DNA from: Vulcanimicrobiota bacterium
Lineage (GTDB): Bacteria; Vulcanimicrobiota; Vulcanimicrobiia; Vulcanimicrobiales; Vulcanimicrobiaceae
NCBI GenBank assembly: GCA_963787705.1
Contig: CAWBEA010000002.1
Coordinates: 67,661 to 131,660 of the forward strand
Length of the DNA stretch: 64,000 bases
Reading direction: 5' to 3'
Shown here: positions 36,271 to 46,925 of the stretch, in pieces
Layout of the letters: every line of letters begins with the position of its first letter
Position numbering within the stretch: position 1 is the first letter of the stretch
The notes under the pieces: model-generated
What the model was told of the DNA's origin: nothing
Database searches by the model: none
The model's input: the letters and a program-made list of their open reading frames with translations, nothing else
Made by a program: the position numbers and the translations under genes

Positions 36271-37854
36271 TTAGAGCATGACGCGGCGGAAGTCGGCGAG
36301 CAGCTCGGCCACATAGACGAGGAATCGCGCCGCGCCGGCGCCATCGACCACGCGATGGTCGTAGCTCACGCTGATCGGCAGCATCAGGCGAGGAACGAAC
36401 TGCTTGCCGTCCCACACGGGCTTGGTTGCCGTACGCGTCGCGCCGAGAATCGCAACTTCGGGTGCGTTGACGATTTGGGTGAAGGCCGTCCCGCCGATGC
36501 CGCCGATCGACGAGATCGTGAAGCTGCCGCCCTGCATCTGCGCGAGCGTCAGTTTGCCTTCGCGCGCTTTGCCGGCAAGTTCTACGGCCTCGCGTGCGAT
36601 CTCGATCAAGCCTTTCTTATCGGCGTTCTTGATTACGGGCACGACCAGCCCGCCCGGGGTGTCGGCCGCGAAGCCGACGTTGTAGTACTGCTTGAGGATC
36701 AGTTCGTCGCCGTCCAGTGAAGCGTTGAACTCCGGAAAGCGCTGCAATGCCGCGACGCTGGCGCGAATCAGGAACGCGAGCATCGTGAGCTTGGGGCCGC
36801 CGGACTTTGTTTGTTCGGCGTTGACCTCGCTGCGAAGTGCTTCGATCGAGGTGACGTCGGCTTCGTCGTAGTTGGTGATGTGCGGAATGAGCACCCAGTT
36901 GCGATGCAGGTTTGGACCGGAAAGCTTCTTGATGCGCGAAAGCGGCTTCCGCTCCGTCGCGCCGTATTGCGAGAAATCCAGTTTCGGCCACGGCGGCAGC
37001 CCGGCGAACGGCGTCGCGGCGCCGCCGGCGGCAACGCCGCTCCGCAGCGCGCTCTTGACGAAGCCTTGCACGTCTTCGCGAGTCACGCGGCCGTTCGGCC
37101 CGGTGCCACGCAGCTTTTGCAGATCCACGCCGAGCTCGCGCGCAAAGCGCCGGATCGACGGCCCGGCATGAACGATACCGTTTCCCGACGAGCCTCCCGG
37201 CGCGGATTGCGCTTGCGGTGCGGATTGCGCTTGCGGTGCCGGTTGCGCTTGCGCTTGCGGGGCCGGCGCAGCCGCTTTTGGCGGTGCAGCGCTTTCCGAC
37301 GCGGCGAGCACGACGATCGGAATGCCCTTCGAGACTCGGTCGCCGACCTTCACCTTGACGTCTTGTACGACGCCTTCCGCCTCGGACGGCACCTCCATCG
37401 ACGCTTTCTCGCTCTCGAGGGTAATGAGCGAATCGTTCTTCTTCACGCGGTCGCCGGGCTTGACCAAGACTTCGATGACCGGTACGTCTTTGAAGTCGCC
37501 GATATCCGGAACGCGCACTTCGATCGTTTGCGCGGTTTGTGAGGAAGCGGCGGGTGCAGCCGGAGCAGGGGACGCAGCTGGCTCAGCAGGCGCAGGCGGT
37601 GCCGCTGCAGGGGCGTCGGAACTCAACACGAGAATCGTCGCGCCCTGCGACACCTTGTCGCCGACTTTCACCTTCACGTCTTGCACGACACCATCGGCCT
37701 CGGCCGGCACTTCCATCGACGCTTTCTCGCTCTCGAGGGTAATGAGCGAATCGTTCTTCTTTACGCGATCGCCAGGCTTAACCAAGACTTCGATGACCGG
37801 CACTTCCTTGAAGTCGCCGATATCGGGAACGCGCACCTCGATCGTACTGCTCAT
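36271..37854 (-). CDS. aceF: dihydrolipoamide acetyltransferase, PDH E2 with two lipoyl domains
   Basis: Two copies of LITLESEKASMEVP. Subunit-binding domain PSIRRFARELGVDL. Catalytic motif SYDHRVVDGA. Confidence 0.92.
   Translation of the reverse strand: MSSTIEVRVPDIGDFKEVPVIEVLVKPGDRVKKNDSLITLESEKASMEVPAEADGVVQDVKVKVGDKVSQGATILVLSSDAPAAAPPAPAEPAASPAPAAPAASSQTAQTIEVRVPDIGDFKDVPVIEVLVKPGDRVKKNDSLITLESEKASMEVPSEAEGVVQDVKVKVGDRVSKGIPIVVLAASESAAPPKAAAPAPQAQAQPAPQAQSAPQAQSAPGGSSGNGIVHAGPSIRRFARELGVDLQKLRGTGPNGRVTREDVQGFVKSALRSGVAAGGAATPFAGLPPWPKLDFSQYGATERKPLSRIKKLSGPNLHRNWVLIPHITNYDEADVTSIEALRSEVNAEQTKSGGPKLTMLAFLIRASVAALQRFPEFNASLDGDELILKQYYNVGFAADTPGGLVVPVIKNADKKGLIEIAREAVELAGKAREGKLTLAQMQGGSFTISSIGGIGGTAFTQIVNAPEVAILGATRTATKPVWDGKQFVPRLMLPISVSYDHRVVDGAGAARFLVYVAELLADFRRVML
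37306..37848 (-). repeat. tandem duplication encoding the two lipoyl domains (period 315 nt)
   Basis: The unit at about 37621-37848 is repeated at about 37306-37533, with an identical 48-nt core CATCGACGCTTTCTCGCTCTCGAGGGTAATGAGCGAATCGTTCTTCTT. Confidence 0.7.
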
Positions 37855-37865
37855 TCGCCGCTCTT

Positions 37866-40559
37866 CTACACCGTGATAGGATTGGGCTTGTCGGGGTTGA
37901 TTCCGTACTTCTCGATCGCTTTTTTGACCGTTGCAGGCGCGACGGCGCCGTCAGCGGCCAGCGCCTGTAGCGCTGCCACCGCGACGAAGTGCCGGTCGAC
38001 TTCGAAAAACCTGCGGAGCTTGCGGCGAAAATCGCTGCGCCCGTAACCGTCGGTACCCAGTGCGACGTAACGCCGGTCCATGAAGGGATGGATCTGTTCG
38101 GCGAAGGTGCGGATGTAGTCCGTGGCGGCGACGCCGGGACCGAGCCGTCCGCGCAGGCACTGCTCCACGTACGACAGGCGAGGTGCCTCCTCGGGATGGA
38201 GCATATTCCAGCGGCGCGCGGCGACACCGTCGCGCTGCAGCTGGTTGAAGCTGGGAACGCTCCAGACGTCGCTTCGAACGTTCCAGTCGTTGGCGAGCAG
38301 CTCCGCGCCGGCCTCGACTTCCCGCAAGATCGCGCCGGAACCGAAGAGCTGCACGCACGGCGCTTTCTTCTCTTTCTTGCCGGCAGCGGCGCTGGAGTCA
38401 TGGAGAAGATACATCCCTCGCAAAATGCCCTCGCGCGCGTCGGGCGGCATCGCCGGGTGCCGGTAGTTCTCGTTGAGCAGCGTGATGTAGTAGTACACGT
38501 CTTCTTGATCGCTCAGCATGCGGCGCAGACCGTCCTGAATGATTACGGCGACTTCGTACGCGTACGTCGGGTCGTAGCTGCAGCAGTTCGGAATGAACGA
38601 TGCCGCGACTTGACTGCTGCCGTCTTCGTGCTGCAGACCCTCGCCGTTGAGCGTCGTGCGACCCGACGTTGCGCCCAAGAGAAACCCGCGGGTGCGGCTG
38701 TCGCCGGCGGCCCATGCCAAATCGCCGACCCGCTGGAAGCCGAACATCGAATAAAAGATGTAGAACGGGATCATCGGCAGGTCGTGGTTGGAATACGACG
38801 TTCCCGCAGCGATCCACGACGAGATCGCACCGGCCTCGTTGATGCCTTCCTGCAGAATCTGACCGAGCTTGTCCTCGCGATACCACATCAACTGTTCGGC
38901 ATCTTGCGGATGATAGAGCTGACCGACCGACGAGTAGATCCCCAGTTGTCTGAACATGCCCTCCATGCCGAAGGTTCGCGATTCGTCGGCGACGATCGGC
39001 ACGACGCGCGCGCCGATCTCAGGATCGCGGGCCACGGCGTTGAGCACTCGCACGAAGGCCATCGTCGTGGAGATGCTGCGGTCGCCCGTGCTCTGGAGTT
39101 GCGCGTCGAAGGTCGACAGCTCGGGTACGGTCAGCGAGGAGGAACGGCGCCGCCGCTGCGGGACGCTGCCGAGAGCCGCGGTACGCTCGCGCAGGTACTG
39201 CATCTCCGGCGAACTCTCCGCTGGTTTGAAAAACGGGATTTTATCGCCTGCCATCTGCTCGTCGCTAATCGGCAGCGCGAAGCGATCCCGGAAGGTGCGC
39301 ATCGCCTCCATTTCCATCTTCTTGGCTTGATGCGCGATGTTCTGAGCCTCGCCGGCTTCGCCCATTCCGTAGCCTTTGATCGTCTTTGCTAAGATGACGG
39401 TCGGCTCGCCGCGATGCTTGCGCGCCGCTTCGTACGCCGCGAAGACCTTAGTCGGGTCGTGGCCGCCGCGCTGCAGAGCCCAGATTTGATCGTCACTCCA
39501 ATCGGCGACCAACGCCGCCGTTTCTGGATAGCGGCCGAAAAACTCGTCGCGAACGTACTTGCCGTTGCGCGACTTAAACGTTTGATAGTCGCCATCGACG
39601 CACTCACTCATCAGTTGCACGAGCCGTCCGCCGGAGTCGGCGGCCAGCAGCGGATCCCAGCTGCGTCCCCAGATGACCTTGATGACGTTCCAGCCGTTCC
39701 CCTTAAAAATACCCTCGAGCTCTTGAATGATCTTGCCGTTGCCGCGCACCGGACCGTCGAGGCGCTGCAAGTTAGCATTGACGACCCAGATCAAGTTGTC
39801 GAGCTTCTCCCGTCCGGCCAGTGAAATCGCGCCAAGCGACTCGGGCTCGTCCATCTCTCCGTCGCCCACGAAGGCCCAAACCTTACGATCGGACGCATCC
39901 GAGAGCGCGCGGTCGTGCAGGTAGCGCATGAATCGCGCCTGATAGATCGACATGATCGGGCCCAAGCCCATCGAGACGGTCGGAAACTGCCAAAAGTCGG
40001 GCATCAGCCAGGGATGCGGGTACGACGAAAGGCCATGTCCGTCGACCTCTTGCCGGAAATGCTCGAGCTGCTCTTCGGTGATGCGGCCTTCCAGGAAGGC
40101 GCGCGCGTAGACGCCCGGCGAGGAATGCCCCTGGAAGAAGACGAGATCGCCGCCGAACGCTTCGCTGGGCGCGCGAAAGAAGTGATTGAAGCCGACGTCG
40201 TAGAGCGTCGCGGCCGAGGCAAAGCTCGCGACGTGCCCGCCAAGTTCGGAGCTAACCCTGTTTGCACGGACGACGGTGGCCAGCGCGTTCCACCGGACGT
40301 AGTGGCGCAACCGCGCTTCAACCTCGCGATCGCCGGGCATCGGTGCCTGTTTTTCGAGCGGAATCGTGTTGACGTACGGGGTCGTCAATCCGAGCGATAC
40401 GTGCGTGCCGGCACGCCGCGCCTCGTCGACGACCGCGGCGATCAGTTCGCGCGCGCGGCCCGGCCCTTCGATGGCGAGCACGCCTCGCAGGGCCTCCAGC
40501 CACTCGCGAGTTTCCTGAGGATCGGGGTCGGGAGCGAAGCTGGTCATCGCTGGCGTCAT
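37866..40559 (-). CDS. aceE: pyruvate dehydrogenase E1 component, homodimeric type
   Basis: 897 aa. DPQETREWLEAL, GGHVASFASAA, FQGHSSPG, and the TPP-binding region GDGEMDEPES. Confidence 0.92.
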   Translation of the reverse strand: MTPAMTSFAPDPDPQETREWLEALRGVLAIEGPGRARELIAAVVDEARRAGTHVSLGLTTPYVNTIPLEKQAPMPGDREVEARLRHYVRWNALATVVRANRVSSELGGHVASFASAATLYDVGFNHFFRAPSEAFGGDLVFFQGHSSPGVYARAFLEGRITEEQLEHFRQEVDGHGLSSYPHPWLMPDFWQFPTVSMGLGPIMSIYQARFMRYLHDRALSDASDRKVWAFVGDGEMDEPESLGAISLAGREKLDNLIWVVNANLQRLDGPVRGNGKIIQELEGIFKGNGWNVIKVIWGRSWDPLLAADSGGRLVQLMSECVDGDYQTFKSRNGKYVRDEFFGRYPETAALVADWSDDQIWALQRGGHDPTKVFAAYEAARKHRGEPTVILAKTIKGYGMGEAGEAQNIAHQAKKMEMEAMRTFRDRFALPISDEQMAGDKIPFFKPAESSPEMQYLRERTAALGSVPQRRRRSSSLTVPELSTFDAQLQSTGDRSISTTMAFVRVLNAVARDPEIGARVVPIVADESRTFGMEGMFRQLGIYSSVGQLYHPQDAEQLMWYREDKLGQILQEGINEAGAISSWIAAGTSYSNHDLPMIPFYIFYSMFGFQRVGDLAWAAGDSRTRGFLLGATSGRTTLNGEGLQHEDGSSQVAASFIPNCCSYDPTYAYEVAVIIQDGLRRMLSDQEDVYYYITLLNENYRHPAMPPDAREGILRGMYLLHDSSAAAGKKEKKAPCVQLFGSGAILREVEAGAELLANDWNVRSDVWSVPSFNQLQRDGVAARRWNMLHPEEAPRLSYVEQCLRGRLGPGVAATDYIRTFAEQIHPFMDRRYVALGTDGYGRSDFRRKLRRFFEVDRHFVAVAALQALAADGAVAPATVKKAIEKYGINPDKPNPITV

Positions 40560-40632
40560 TTCCGTCCGGCGCGCCCATCTCTTCCAAAAGCGCCCGGCTG
40601 CCTGGGAAGAACCGCGTTTCAGGCGTATAGAG

Positions 40633-40722
40633 TCCGTGCGCGGGAGCTAAATTAGGCTGAGAGGGCGGCCCCGAGCCGCCGACCGCACGTAACCTGATCC
40701 GGATAATGCCGGCGTAGGGAGG
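40633..40722 (+). ncRNA. TPP (THI-box) riboswitch
   Basis: CGGGAGC ... CTGAGA at 40657-40662 ... AACCTGATCCGGATAATGCCGGCGTAGGGA at 40691-40720, directly upstream of thiC. The 3' GGGAGG doubles as the SD, 8 nt before the ATG. Confidence 0.85.
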
Positions 40723-40726
40723 ATAA

Positions 40727-42391
<1,665 letters not shown>

Positions 42392-42493
42392 CGAAGCACG
42401 AGCGGGCATGCCGCCCGAGCGATTAATCTGAGAACGAGCGAGGGCGGCATACCCCGAGTCGGTGCAGTCCTCTTCGATCGCGACGAGACGATC

Positions 42494-42946
42494 GTGGTCG
42501 ACGTCCCGTTCAACGGCGATCCCGAGCGTGTCGAGCCGGCGCCGAACGCGCGCGCGCTGCTCGATCGGCTACGCGAGGCCGGACTGCCGCTGGCGGTCGT
42601 GAGCAATCAGAGCGGCATCGGTCGAGGATTCATCACCCGTGAAGCCGTCGATGCCGTGAACCGGCGCGTGGAAGAGCTGCTCGGACCCTTCGCGGGATTC
42701 TTCGTTTGCCCGCACGCCCCAGACGACGAATGCGACTGCCGTAAGCCCAAACCAAAGCTGATTCTCGATGCTGCGCGAGCGCTTGGGGTCGATCCGGCCC
42801 GCTGCGTGGTCGTCGGCGATCGCGAGAGCGACGTCGAGGCGGCGCGCAATGCCGGCGCGATCCCGCTACGCGTCGAGGGACCTGCGGGCTTGGCCGACGC
42901 GGTCGAGACTATTCTTTACTGGGTCGGGGGGCCTTCGAGCCAATAG
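42494..42946 (+). CDS. HAD-IIIA phosphatase (GmhB / histidinol-phosphatase-like); true 5' end unresolved
   Basis: SNQSGIGRG, the Zn-site-like CPHAPDDECDCRKP, and VVGDRESDVEAA. The catalytic FDRDET motif lies upstream of the first canonical start (see findings). Confidence 0.6.
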   Translation: MVDVPFNGDPERVEPAPNARALLDRLREAGLPLAVVSNQSGIGRGFITREAVDAVNRRVEELLGPFAGFFVCPHAPDDECDCRKPKPKLILDAARALGVDPARCVVVGDRESDVEAARNAGAIPLRVEGPAGLADAVETILYWVGGPSSQ

Positions 42947-43557
42947 TCCAGGTCGGCCCCGCCGCCCGGTGGCACGACGGCGTAGGCGTTGGCGGGCAGG
43001 CGAACGGTTTTCGAAAGCTGCTCCCACGCCGCGAGCACGCGCACGACATAGTTTTGCGTTTCGTCAAACGGCGGAATGCCGCCATATTCACTTACCGCCT
43101 TCGGACCGGCGTTGTAGGCGGCGAAGACGAGATCGTAGTGTTTGGTTCCAAAGCGGCCGACTAAGCCGCGAAGATAGCGCGCAGCGCCGGAGATGTTCTG
43201 CTCCGGGTCGTGCGGGTTGACGCCGAGCAGCGCGGCCGTTCCCGGCATCAGCTGCCCGAGTCCAATTGCGCCGGCGCGCGAAAGAGCGTGGGTGTGCCAG
43301 CGAGATTCGACCGTAACGATGGCCACGAGCATGTTGGCATCGAGGCGCCAGCGTACCGCGTTGAGGAGCACGCGGCGCGCCAGATCCCGGCTCTGCCAGC
43401 GCGGCATCTCTGGGTTGATGTGGCTCAAAACCCTGGCGTACACGGCGACGGCGACCGGCGTGGCGGGTACCGCTCGATTGGCCGCCTGCGCTGGAAGCAG
43501 CAGCGGTCCAATAGAAAAGCCGACCGCAGCCAGGAGGCTCAGGATGGTCCTTCGCAT
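42916..43557 (-). CDS. lytic transglycosylase (SLT domain), secreted
   Basis: ATG 43557 gives MRRTILSLLAAVGFSIGPLLLPAQA. TVESRWHTHALSRAGAIGLGQLMP, AAYNAGPKAV. Confidence 0.75.
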   Translation of the reverse strand: MRRTILSLLAAVGFSIGPLLLPAQAANRAVPATPVAVAVYARVLSHINPEMPRWQSRDLARRVLLNAVRWRLDANMLVAIVTVESRWHTHALSRAGAIGLGQLMPGTAALLGVNPHDPEQNISGAARYLRGLVGRFGTKHYDLVFAAYNAGPKAVSEYGGIPPFDETQNYVVRVLAAWEQLSKTVRLPANAYAVVPPGGGADLDYWLEGPPTQ

Positions 43558-43739
43558 ATGGGGCCGGTGGGTTCGCGTCGAGCTCTCGCCGTCCTTCTGT
43601 TTCTGTTCATTGTGATGTGTGGCCTGATCGCATGGTCTCAGTGGTACGCAATTCACGTGAACGTTCCGAGGTATCAAGCGCAGCATCGGGCCGCACCCGC
43701 GCATTGATTGGGCGTGCTTCGATCTAGACGAGAGAGGGT

Positions 43740-46700
43740 TTGGAGTTGATCGTTTCCCTGCTGTTTGCGGCGTCGCTTTACGCGGCAAATCCGGTAGCGT
43801 CGCCGTTGCCGCCGTCGCCGCTGCCTCCGAGGCCGGCGGCATCGGCGTCGCCTTCGCCGTCACCCTCGCCGACGGCGTCGCCCGGGCCCCCGTTTGCAAA
43901 CATGACCTGGCGTGAAATCGGGCCGGCGGCCGGCGGAGGGCGCACGGCGGCGGTAGCCGGTTCGGCGACGGATCCCAAACTCTATTATATCGGCACCGCG
44001 GGTGGCGGGGTTTGGAAATCGGCTAACAGCGGTCAAACGTGGGATCCGGTCTTCGACGATCAGGGCATCGGGGCAATCGGGGCGGTCACGATCGATCCAA
44101 CCGACAATCGAACGGTCTGGGCCGGAACGGGCGAAGGCAATCCCCGCAACGACGTGAGTTACGGCGACGGCGTTTACAAGACGACCGACGGCGGCGACCA
44201 TTGGACGAACACCGGGTTGAAAGAGACGCGATACATCACTCGGATCGCGGTGGATCCGCGTAATCACAACCACGTCGTCGTTGCGGCGTTGGGCGACGTC
44301 TTTAGCGACAGTCCGCACCGCGGGATCTACGTTACCGACGATGGCGGCAAAACGTGGAAGCAGACGTTGTACGTCGGGCCGCAGAGCGGTGCATCCGACC
44401 TTGCGGTGAACCCGCAGAATCCCAGCGTGCTCTACGCCGGCATCTGGAAGTTCCAGCGCCGGCCGTGGACGTTCGTCAGCGGCGGAGAAGAAGACGGCAT
44501 CTACAAGTCGACCGACGGCGGCGCCACGTGGACGGAGCTCGAGGGACACGGCCTGCCGAGTCCGATGGGACGCATCGGCTTGGCGGTCGCGCCGAGCGAC
44601 GGCAACCGCGTTTACGCGGTAATCGAATCGAAGGCGGGCGTACTGTGGCGTTCCGACGACGGGGGCGCGAACTGGACGATGGTCAGCGACAGCTCGGCGG
44701 TTGACGCGCGTCCGTTCTACTTCACGCACGTCGCGGTCGATCCAAAGAACGCCGACCGCGTTTACGCGGTCTCCTTTCAGCTGATGCTGAGCACGAATGC
44801 CGGCAAAACGTTCAAACCGATCGCGCAGGCCGTGCACGTGGACTATCACTCAATTTGGATCGCACCCAACGACCCGGATCGCATCATGACCGGCGAGGAC
44901 GGCGGCTATGCGCTGACGCTCGACGGCGGCGCGAACTGGTTCTTCTCGGCCAACTTGCCGATCGGTCAGGTTTACCGCGTCGGGCTCGGCAACGATAATC
45001 CGTATACGGTCTGCGCCGGTCTGCAAGACAACAGCGCTTGGTGCGGTCCTTCGAACTCGCTCGACCCTTCCGGCATTCAAAATAAGGCCTGGATCGCTTC
45101 GGCAGGCGGCGACGGCGAGTGGAGCATTCCCGAACCCGACGATGCGAACTGGTTGTGGTCGGACTCCGAGAACGGCTCTCTGACCGTCTACAACCGCGTG
45201 ACCCAAGATCAATGGTCGGCGCAGCCATACCTTCAGACCAGTAAGGAGTCCTGGGAACTCTCGACCAGCAAGTACCGGTTCAACTGGGAGTCGCCGATCG
45301 GATTCGATCCGTGGCGTAAGAATGTCGGCTGGTACGGCGGCGACGTCATCTTCGAGACGACCGATCGCGGAAGATCCTGGCGCGCGATTAGTCCCGATCT
45401 CACGCGCAATATCAAGGCGCATCAGCAGCCGGCCGGTGGTCCGATTACCAACGACGTTTCCGGCGCAGAGTACAGCGACACGATTCTCGACATCGAAGGC
45501 TCGACGAAAACCCGCGGCGAGATTTGGGTTGGCACCGACGACGGGCTCGTTCAGCTCACCCGCGACGGTGGAAAGCATTGGACGAACGTGACGCCGCCGG
45601 GCGCCCCGGAGTTTGCGCGCTTTGCGACCGTCGCACCCTCGACGCTCGTCGCGGGAACGACCTACGCCATCGCCGACGGGCATTATACAGGCGACAACGC
45701 GCCATACGCTTACGTTACTCACGACTACGGCAGTCACTGGACGAAGATCGTCGCCGGGTTGCCGGCCGACCAGTGGGTTCGCGCGATCCGGCCCGACATC
45801 CGCAATCGCAACATCGTCTATCTCGGCACCGAAGAGGGGATCTGGATTTCGTTCGACGGCGCAGCGAGCTGGCAATCTTTCAAGAACGGCCTGCCGTCCG
45901 TCTCGGTGCACGACATTCGGTTGCAGCCGCAATACGACGACCTCGTGATCGCGACGCACGGGCGCGATGTCTATATCATGGACGATATGACTCCCGTGCA
46001 GCAGCTCATGGACGCGGTGACACAAAAAAGCCGGCTCTTCGCGCCGCCGGTCGCCTACGAATGGACGCTGCATCCCAACGACGACGGCGTCTATACGAAC
46101 TACGCGGCGGACAACCCGCCGTACGGCGTGATGATCACCTTCTATCAGGCGCAGCCTCAGAAAGACGCTCCGAGAATCGACATCCTCGACAGCTTTGGCC
46201 GCGTGATCCGGACGATATCCGGAACCCACAAAGTCGGGGGCAAGGAGCGGCCTTACGTTCCGAACAAGGCCGGCTTGAATCGCTATACCTGGGATTTCAC
46301 CGTCAACGGCCCGGTGAAATGGAATGGCGCGACGAGCGACTTTTCCAACCCCGAGACCGGGCCCGGGGTTGTGCCGGGGTTCTATTCCGTGCGCATGACG
46401 CTTTCGGGCCGGACGTACCTGCAGCGCGTCAAAGTCGAACCCGATCTGCGTTCGAAGTTCACCCAGACCGAGTATCAGCGAAGTTTCGACGAGTCGATGC
46501 GCCAGTTGTCCCACGTATCGCAGATCGACACCGTGCTCAATACGCTCGACGACCTCAAGAAGTCGATCGACACCGCGCTCGCCGCCGCAAAGAAGGCCAA
46601 TAACGCCGCATTGACGGCCAAGCTCGAGGACGCGTCCAAGGCGCGACAAACGCTCTTCGATTCGCTCGCGACGAACATTCGAGGCGAAGGCACCGAGGAC

Positions 46701-46925
46701 GAGACGGCGTTACACGAGGACGTTGTCGGCGCGTTCCAGACCGCGCAAGGTCTCGTTACGCCGATGGTTGTGAACCTGATAACGCGCGTCGACGCCGAGT
46801 ACCGTCAGGGCGTAGCGCGTTACGACGCGTTCGTAACCGGCGTGTTGCCGGGCGTAAACGATGCGTTGAAGCAAGCCGGCATGAAACCGTTGTCGGCCGC
46901 CAAAGAAGTGGAGGCACTCCAGTGA
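43740..46925 (+). CDS. VPS10/sortilin-type BNR (Asp-box) repeat beta-propeller protein
   Basis: More than 10 Asp-box-like motifs (SANSGQTW, TTDGGDHW, TDDGGKTW, STDGGATW, SDDGGANW, TRDGGKHW and others). Pro/Ser-rich N-terminal linker. About 250 aa helical C-terminus. Confidence 0.75.
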   Translation: MELIVSLLFAASLYAANPVASPLPPSPLPPRPAASASPSPSPSPTASPGPPFANMTWREIGPAAGGGRTAAVAGSATDPKLYYIGTAGGGVWKSANSGQTWDPVFDDQGIGAIGAVTIDPTDNRTVWAGTGEGNPRNDVSYGDGVYKTTDGGDHWTNTGLKETRYITRIAVDPRNHNHVVVAALGDVFSDSPHRGIYVTDDGGKTWKQTLYVGPQSGASDLAVNPQNPSVLYAGIWKFQRRPWTFVSGGEEDGIYKSTDGGATWTELEGHGLPSPMGRIGLAVAPSDGNRVYAVIESKAGVLWRSDDGGANWTMVSDSSAVDARPFYFTHVAVDPKNADRVYAVSFQLMLSTNAGKTFKPIAQAVHVDYHSIWIAPNDPDRIMTGEDGGYALTLDGGANWFFSANLPIGQVYRVGLGNDNPYTVCAGLQDNSAWCGPSNSLDPSGIQNKAWIASAGGDGEWSIPEPDDANWLWSDSENGSLTVYNRVTQDQWSAQPYLQTSKESWELSTSKYRFNWESPIGFDPWRKNVGWYGGDVIFETTDRGRSWRAISPDLTRNIKAHQQPAGGPITNDVSGAEYSDTILDIEGSTKTRGEIWVGTDDGLVQLTRDGGKHWTNVTPPGAPEFARFATVAPSTLVAGTTYAIADGHYTGDNAPYAYVTHDYGSHWTKIVAGLPADQWVRAIRPDIRNRNIVYLGTEEGIWISFDGAASWQSFKNGLPSVSVHDIRLQPQYDDLVIATHGRDVYIMDDMTPVQQLMDAVTQKSRLFAPPVAYEWTLHPNDDGVYTNYAADNPPYGVMITFYQAQPQKDAPRIDILDSFGRVIRTISGTHKVGGKERPYVPNKAGLNRYTWDFTVNGPVKWNGATSDFSNPETGPGVVPGFYSVRMTLSGRTYLQRVKVEPDLRSKFTQTEYQRSFDESMRQLSHVSQIDTVLNTLDDLKKSIDTALAAAKKANNAALTAKLEDASKARQTLFDSLATNIRGEGTEDETALHEDVVGAFQTAQGLVTPMVVNLITRVDAEYRQGVARYDAFVTGVLPGVNDALKQAGMKPLSAAKEVEALQ

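Noticed and set aside
44850-46649. Very long antisense ORFs: this 599-aa one, plus 48299..49711, 30202..31971, 22068..22988, 6298..7200, 37989..39392 and 60462..61562
   Set aside because: All lie opposite strongly supported genes and are Arg/Gly/Asp-rich with no recognisable motifs. They are typical shadow ORFs of high-GC DNA.
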